A stretch of DNA of 64,000 nt. It comes from Flectonema sp. DT1601. Lineage: Eukaryota. The position numbers were made by a program, and so were the translations under genes. The stretch spans positions 62,001-126,000 of the forward strand of contig OZ025788.1 in NCBI GenBank assembly GCA_964019425.1. Reading direction: 5' to 3'. Below are positions 59,388 through 64,000 of this stretch, piece by piece. Position 1 is the first letter of the stretch. Every line of letters begins with the position of its first letter. The notes beneath the pieces were generated by a model. It had not been told where the DNA came from. It made no database searches and was given only the letters and a program-made list of their open reading frames with translations.

Positions 59388-60900
59388 CACAACCCTGAAA
59401 GGAGGAGGGGGTAAATAAAAGTTTTTTGTTTCAATTATTATAATAAATTAATGAATTCGATGTCTCGATGTAGTTCAGTTGGGGATGTTTTTTTTTCTTC
59501 TTTTTTTTTTTTTTTTTCAATTCATCTCTTTTCTCTGATCATTTTTTTCTTTTTTTTTTTTTTGCTCTTTTTTTTTTTTTCATCAAATGATGATTGAAAA
59601 AAAATAGTGGTGACGATATCCTTTTTTTTTGATTCAGTGCGTAAGTGTGTAGTAATTCTATTTTTTGTTGTTGTTGTTTTTTTTTTTTTTTTTTTTTGGG
59701 AGAAGAAAAAAAAAAAAAAAAACAGAATTCACACACAAACACTGAAGCAATCATTCCCAAGAACACTACGCACTTACCTACATAGGAATCCCACAAAACA
59801 AACGGAAAATATGATAATTTTTTGCTTTTCTTTTTTTTTTTTTATTCCTCCGAGTGACGACGATAAGAGAATCCTTGCCAGTCAAACAAGAAGAAAAAAA
59901 AATAATAATAAATATAAAAAAGAAAATAACCCCCCCCCACCATCCCAAACCAAGGGGTGCGGGGGGGAAGCTACAAGATCACTTTGGGAAATCGAACAGG
60001 CACACTACTGTAGACGGAGAAAAAGAAAAAGAAAAAAAAAGGTGCTTGAAAATGTAAGACAACGCAACTGAAATGAAGAATGCAATGTTTTTTTTTTTTT
60101 TTTAAGTTTGCTCTCTTTTTCTTTTTTTTTTTTCATTCAAAACATTGCGCACCCTTTTTAAAAAAAAAAGGAAAAAAAATAGAAAAGTTATAATTCTCGT
60201 GATTAATTTCTCGATTTTAGAAAATTAAATTATTTTTTGTTTTTTTTTTTAATTTTTCTTTTTTAAATTATATATAACAGGTTTTGTAAAGAGTGTGATA
60301 ACAGAAAAAGAAGAGAAAAAAAAAAAAAAAGATCCATGACACGTATGATGAAATAGTAAACTTATGGCAGTAAAAAGAGCCATCTTTTTCTTCCTCTTCT
60401 TCTTTTTTTTTTTTTTTTCGGTTCTTGTAATACTAAATTGTTGTTTTTTTTTTTTTTAAAAAAAATTAAAAAAAAAGGTGTGGGAGGAAATAAACCAGGG
60501 AGAATGACGAAAGGGTAGAAAGGGTAGTAAAACTTAATAAGAATCAAGCATTGAGGAACCTCACACTGACGAGCAGAGCCTGGAAACATGCAGAAACAAA
60601 AATAGCCAAAATACACATCAGCTGACCCTCGGGCATGTGGCGGAACCTCAAGGGATGTCAGCTTGCAAGGACACTGTTTTTTGGAGTGGTGGCATTTATA
60701 GCTCACAACCTTCGTCATTTGCTTTGAATAACCATTCACAATAATTCTTATCCAATGAAACCATACTGCGCCAGAGTGAGACTTGCGGAGCTCAGCTCAC
60801 TCTTTAAAGAAAAAGACGTTTTGGGGAAATGTTTTTGGTGTGTTTTTTTTTTTTTTTTTTTTTCTTCTTTTTTTTTATGTTTATTTTTTTTTCCCCCCTC

Positions 60901-60934
<34 letters not shown>

Positions 60935-61228
60935 CCAAGGTGTTTCCCAGCTGGCAATAAGAAAAAAAAAGAAGAAAAAAAAAGCGGGAAAGACGGAGGG
61001 GAAAGGGAAAAAAAAGAAAAAACAGATGTGGCTGTTAACGCACACAAGCAAACACTGCTAATAGAATGCTGTTCTGGAGGCTGCCATGGCACCAAATTAG
61101 TTAAAACTGGGAGTTTCAACTTCAGACCAAAAGCGATATTCATATAATAGTAATGTTTTTTTTTTTTTTTTTTTTCTAAAAATGAAATTGGTTGAGCTGT
61201 CTTATTTAGAGAGCAGTTGATCGAATAC

Positions 61229-64000
61229 CTATTCAGCTGCTTCGTATGCGAGAGCGTTGAATCCGAGATCGTGTTCACACTGCTGGAGAGTGACATCACG
61301 ACGCTTGGCGTAGTCTGCTACCTGGTCCTCCTTAATCTTTCCAACTCCAAAATAAATTGACTCCGGATGTCCAAATACGATAGCAGACACCGCAGCAGCT
61401 GGTAACATAGCAAGTGATTCCGTCAATTCAATGTTAGTATTTTCCGTGACGTTAGCAAGCTTCCACATCTTTACCTTTTCTTGATGGTCAGGTTGGGATG
61501 GGTATCCAGGTGCTGGACGAATACCTTTGTAGTTTTGTTTGATAAGGTCATCAGCTGTGAGTTCATCACCTCCTTCATATCCCCAAGTCGTCCTTCTCAT
61601 ATCCTTATGAATTACTTCAGCAACACCCTCAGCAAGACGATCAGCAATGGCTTCAACCATAATAATGCTGTAGTCGTCATTTACTTCTTTATATTTTGAG
61701 ATCAATTCTTCTGTACCAAAACAAGCACAGACAAGCTGACCGAGGTAGTCTTTGTATCCCTTTGGTGCGACAAAGTCAGACAGACAGTAGTATGGCTCAA
61801 CTGTGTCTTTGTGAACCTGCTGTCTCAAACCCAAGAATCTCAGAGATTCTTCAGTACGATCATCGTCTTTGTATACGATAATGTCATCACCCTCTTGGTT
61901 AACTGGAAAGTAAGAAACTATTCCGGTCAATTTAAGACTCTTGTTCTTTGCTACATCCTTAAGCATGTTCAAAGCGTCATTGTGAAGCTTTTTTGCTTCC
62001 GATCCAACTTCAGGGCAGTTAAACAGCTTTGGGTAACCTCTGTTTGGATATTTACCACGAAGTTGCCAAACCTGAAAAAATGGATTCCAATCAATGAAAG
62101 GAATAACATCATCAATACTGTACTCGACAACCTTACTACCGAGGTATGTTGGTTTGCATACTGGAGGAGACTTGTCGAAGTCGATGACCATTTTCTTGAC
62201 ACGAGCATCATTAATGGTTAAGTACTTACGATCCTTAACTCCCTCCCAGTATTCTTTGCGAAGGTCTTCGTACATTTCAGTTGTGTCTTCTAAGAATTCC
62301 TCACAACTGTTTCCTAGCAGACTACCACACACGACAACACTCTTTGAAGCGTCTAAAACGTGAATAGTATTCTGGTAATGAGTGTGAAGCTTTACTGCAG
62401 TATGCATCTTCGATGTTGTCGCTCCTCCAATGAGAAGTGGCTTACTGATACTACATCTTTTGAATTCCTTTGCGACAGCAACCATTTCATCTAACGATGG
62501 AGTAATGAGACCTGACAAACCAACGATGTCAGGATTGTGTTCTTTGATAGCGTCCATAATCTTTGGAAGTGGAGTCATCACTCCGAGATCAATAATTTTG
62601 TAATTATTACATCCAAGAACAACTCCCACAATGTTCTTTCCAATATCGTGGACGTCTCCCTTTACTGTTGCCAACAGAACACTGTTTTGTGCTACTACTC
62701 CTCCACCACTTGCCTTTTCTTCTTCCATGAATGGGATTAAATGTCCAACAGCTTTCTTCATTACTCGAGCAGACTTGATGACTTGAGGTAAAAACATCTT
62801 ACCTGATCCAAAGAGGTCACCAACGATACTCATTCCCTTCATCAGAGGACCTTCAATAATGTGAAGACACTTTGGGTATAATTCTTTATCCTGACGACAT
62901 GCTTCAACATCTTCAATGATATGACTAACAATACCCTTTACTAATGCGTGGGAAAGACGATCTTCCTTTGGGTAGGTTCTCCATTCATCAACTTTCTGTT
63001 CTTCAACACCTCCTTTTTGACTCTTAAATTTCTCAGCAAGATCAGTCAACATTTCTGTTGAGTTTTGTTCTCTATCAGCTGGTTTTGGTCTGTTGAAAAT
63101 AACGTCTTCACAGAGATCAATCAAGGACTGGTCGATGTCACTGTACACAGGCATAGTACCAGCGTTTACAATAGCCATGTCCATGTTGCATTTACCGATG
63201 GCGTGGTAGAGGAAGACTGCGTGCATTGAATTTCTGATTTTTTCAACACCTCTGAAAGAGAACGACAAGTTGGAAAGACCTCCTGAAATCTTTGCGTGTG
63301 GTAAGTTGTCTTTAATCCACTTAGTGGCGTTAAGAAAGTCAACTCCGTAGTTGTTGTGTTCTTCAAGACCAGTTGCGATGGTTAAAACGTTTGGATCGAA
63401 AATGATATCCTCGACAGGGAAACCAATTCCTTCTAAGATGTAGTACGCACGCTTACAGATTCTGATCTTGTCAGCTTCGGTTGCAGCCTGACCCTCTTCA
63501 TCGAAAGCCATGACAACCAACGCAGCTCCATACTTCATAATAGTCTTAGCATGCTCGATGAATTGTTCTTCTCCAGCCTTTAGAGAGATACTGTTCACGA
63601 TTGGCTTTCCTTGAACGCATTTCAAACCGGCTTCGATAACTGCAAAGTTAGAACTGTCAATCATGAATGGAACTTTACTGATGTCAGGATCAGATACACA
63701 TAAATTGATTAAATGAGTAATAGCAAGCTCTCCATCAATAAGACCATCGTCAAGATTGAAATCGATTACAGTGGCTCCGTTTTCAACCTGTTCACGTGCG
63801 ATAGCCATCGCTGATTCGAAATCACCAGCCTTAATGAGTCGTTTGAAGCGAAGGGATCCTGCAATGTTACATCTCTCACCAATGTTTAAGAACCCGGAGT
63901 GTTCATTAACACGAAGTCTTTCAAGACCTGACAAGACCATAGTGTTGTCACGAACTCCCTTTGGTCTAGGAACAATCCCTTCAGTTGCTTTTCTAATCGC
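61229..64000 (-). CDS. metH: Cobalamin-dependent methionine synthase, partial (N-terminus lies beyond the right edge)
   Basis: Pterin-binding domain (NIGERCN, IFDPN, SGGLSNLSFSFRG), cap (GKMFLPQV), B12 motif (KGDVHDIGKNIV) and reactivation domain (GIRPAPGYP). Confidence 0.98.
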   Translation of the reverse strand, partial: AIRKATEGIVPRPKGVRDNTMVLSGLERLRVNEHSGFLNIGERCNIAGSLRFKRLIKAGDFESAMAIAREQVENGATVIDFNLDDGLIDGELAITHLINLCVSDPDISKVPFMIDSSNFAVIEAGLKCVQGKPIVNSISLKAGEEQFIEHAKTIMKYGAALVVMAFDEEGQAATEADKIRICKRAYYILEGIGFPVEDIIFDPNVLTIATGLEEHNNYGVDFLNATKWIKDNLPHAKISGGLSNLSFSFRGVEKIRNSMHAVFLYHAIGKCNMDMAIVNAGTMPVYSDIDQSLIDLCEDVIFNRPKPADREQNSTEMLTDLAEKFKSQKGGVEEQKVDEWRTYPKEDRLSHALVKGIVSHIIEDVEACRQDKELYPKCLHIIEGPLMKGMSIVGDLFGSGKMFLPQVIKSARVMKKAVGHLIPFMEEEKASGGGVVAQNSVLLATVKGDVHDIGKNIVGVVLGCNNYKIIDLGVMTPLPKIMDAIKEHNPDIVGLSGLITPSLDEMVAVAKEFKRCSISKPLLIGGATTSKMHTAVKLHTHYQNTIHVLDASKSVVVCGSLLGNSCEEFLEDTTEMYEDLRKEYWEGVKDRKYLTINDARVKKMVIDFDKSPPVCKPTYLGSKVVEYSIDDVIPFIDWNPFFQVWQLRGKYPNRGYPKLFNCPEVGSEAKKLHNDALNMLKDVAKNKSLKLTGIVSYFPVNQEGDDIIVYKDDDRTEESLRFLGLRQQVHKDTVEPYYCLSDFVAPKGYKDYLGQLVCACFGTEELISKYKEVNDDYSIIMVEAIADRLAEGVAEVIHKDMRRTTWGYEGGDELTADDLIKQNYKGIRPAPGYPSQPDHQEKVKMWKLANVTENTNIELTESLAMLPAAAVSAIVFGHPESIYFGVGKIKEDQVADYAKRRDVTLQQCEHDLGFNALAYEAAE

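Noticed and set aside
60552..60590. Hammerhead-like CTGACGA...GAAAC
   Set aside because: Stem II would close with G.G, stem I does not abut the CUGA box, and there is no suitable UH cleavage site.
469..63366. Plus-strand ORFs and short poly-F/poly-K ORFs in the track
   Set aside because: They are antisense shadows of minus-strand genes or translations of homopolymer tracts, with no protein motifs.
1..64000. Spliced-leader RNA, tRNA, rRNA, telomeric or CRISPR arrays
   Set aside because: None was recognised by eye. The repeats are dispersed rather than regularly spaced. tRNAscan/Infernal would be needed to exclude small RNAs.

Overview
AT-rich eukaryotic nuclear DNA with abundant poly(A)/poly(T) tracts. 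All of the ~25 credible protein genes lie on the minus strand, i.e. one directional gene cluster. Most have a pyrimidine-rich AG just upstream of the ATG, and several are split by GT-AG introns. This organisation and the gene content (AIR9-like, non-catalytic calpain, UBL-LRR5, PHO80-type cyclin) suggest a euglenozoan, most plausibly a diplonemid; this is inference. Recognisable genes: cyclin, enolase-4-like, Kelch, R-S-E ADP-ribosyltransferase, DDAH-like, calpain-like, PUB-RING, TRAPPC13, TK-like pseudokinase, PHPT1, ADP-ribosylglycohydrolase, USP7-like, AIR9-like, UEV, PH/coiled-coil, DExH helicase and a partial MetH. Three non-coding signals stand out. (1) Cis-introns have a polar design, U/G-rich 5' part and A/C-rich 3' end with no polypyrimidine tract, while 5'-most acceptors are pyrimidine-rich. 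(2) A structured repeat occurs in six co-oriented copies with compensatory and G.U-type changes. (3) A 749-bp direct-repeat element has joined ends that reproduce its 7-bp target. Exon models were derived by hand from frame and phase consistency and are not RNA-validated. Homopolymer lengths may contain sequencing error.
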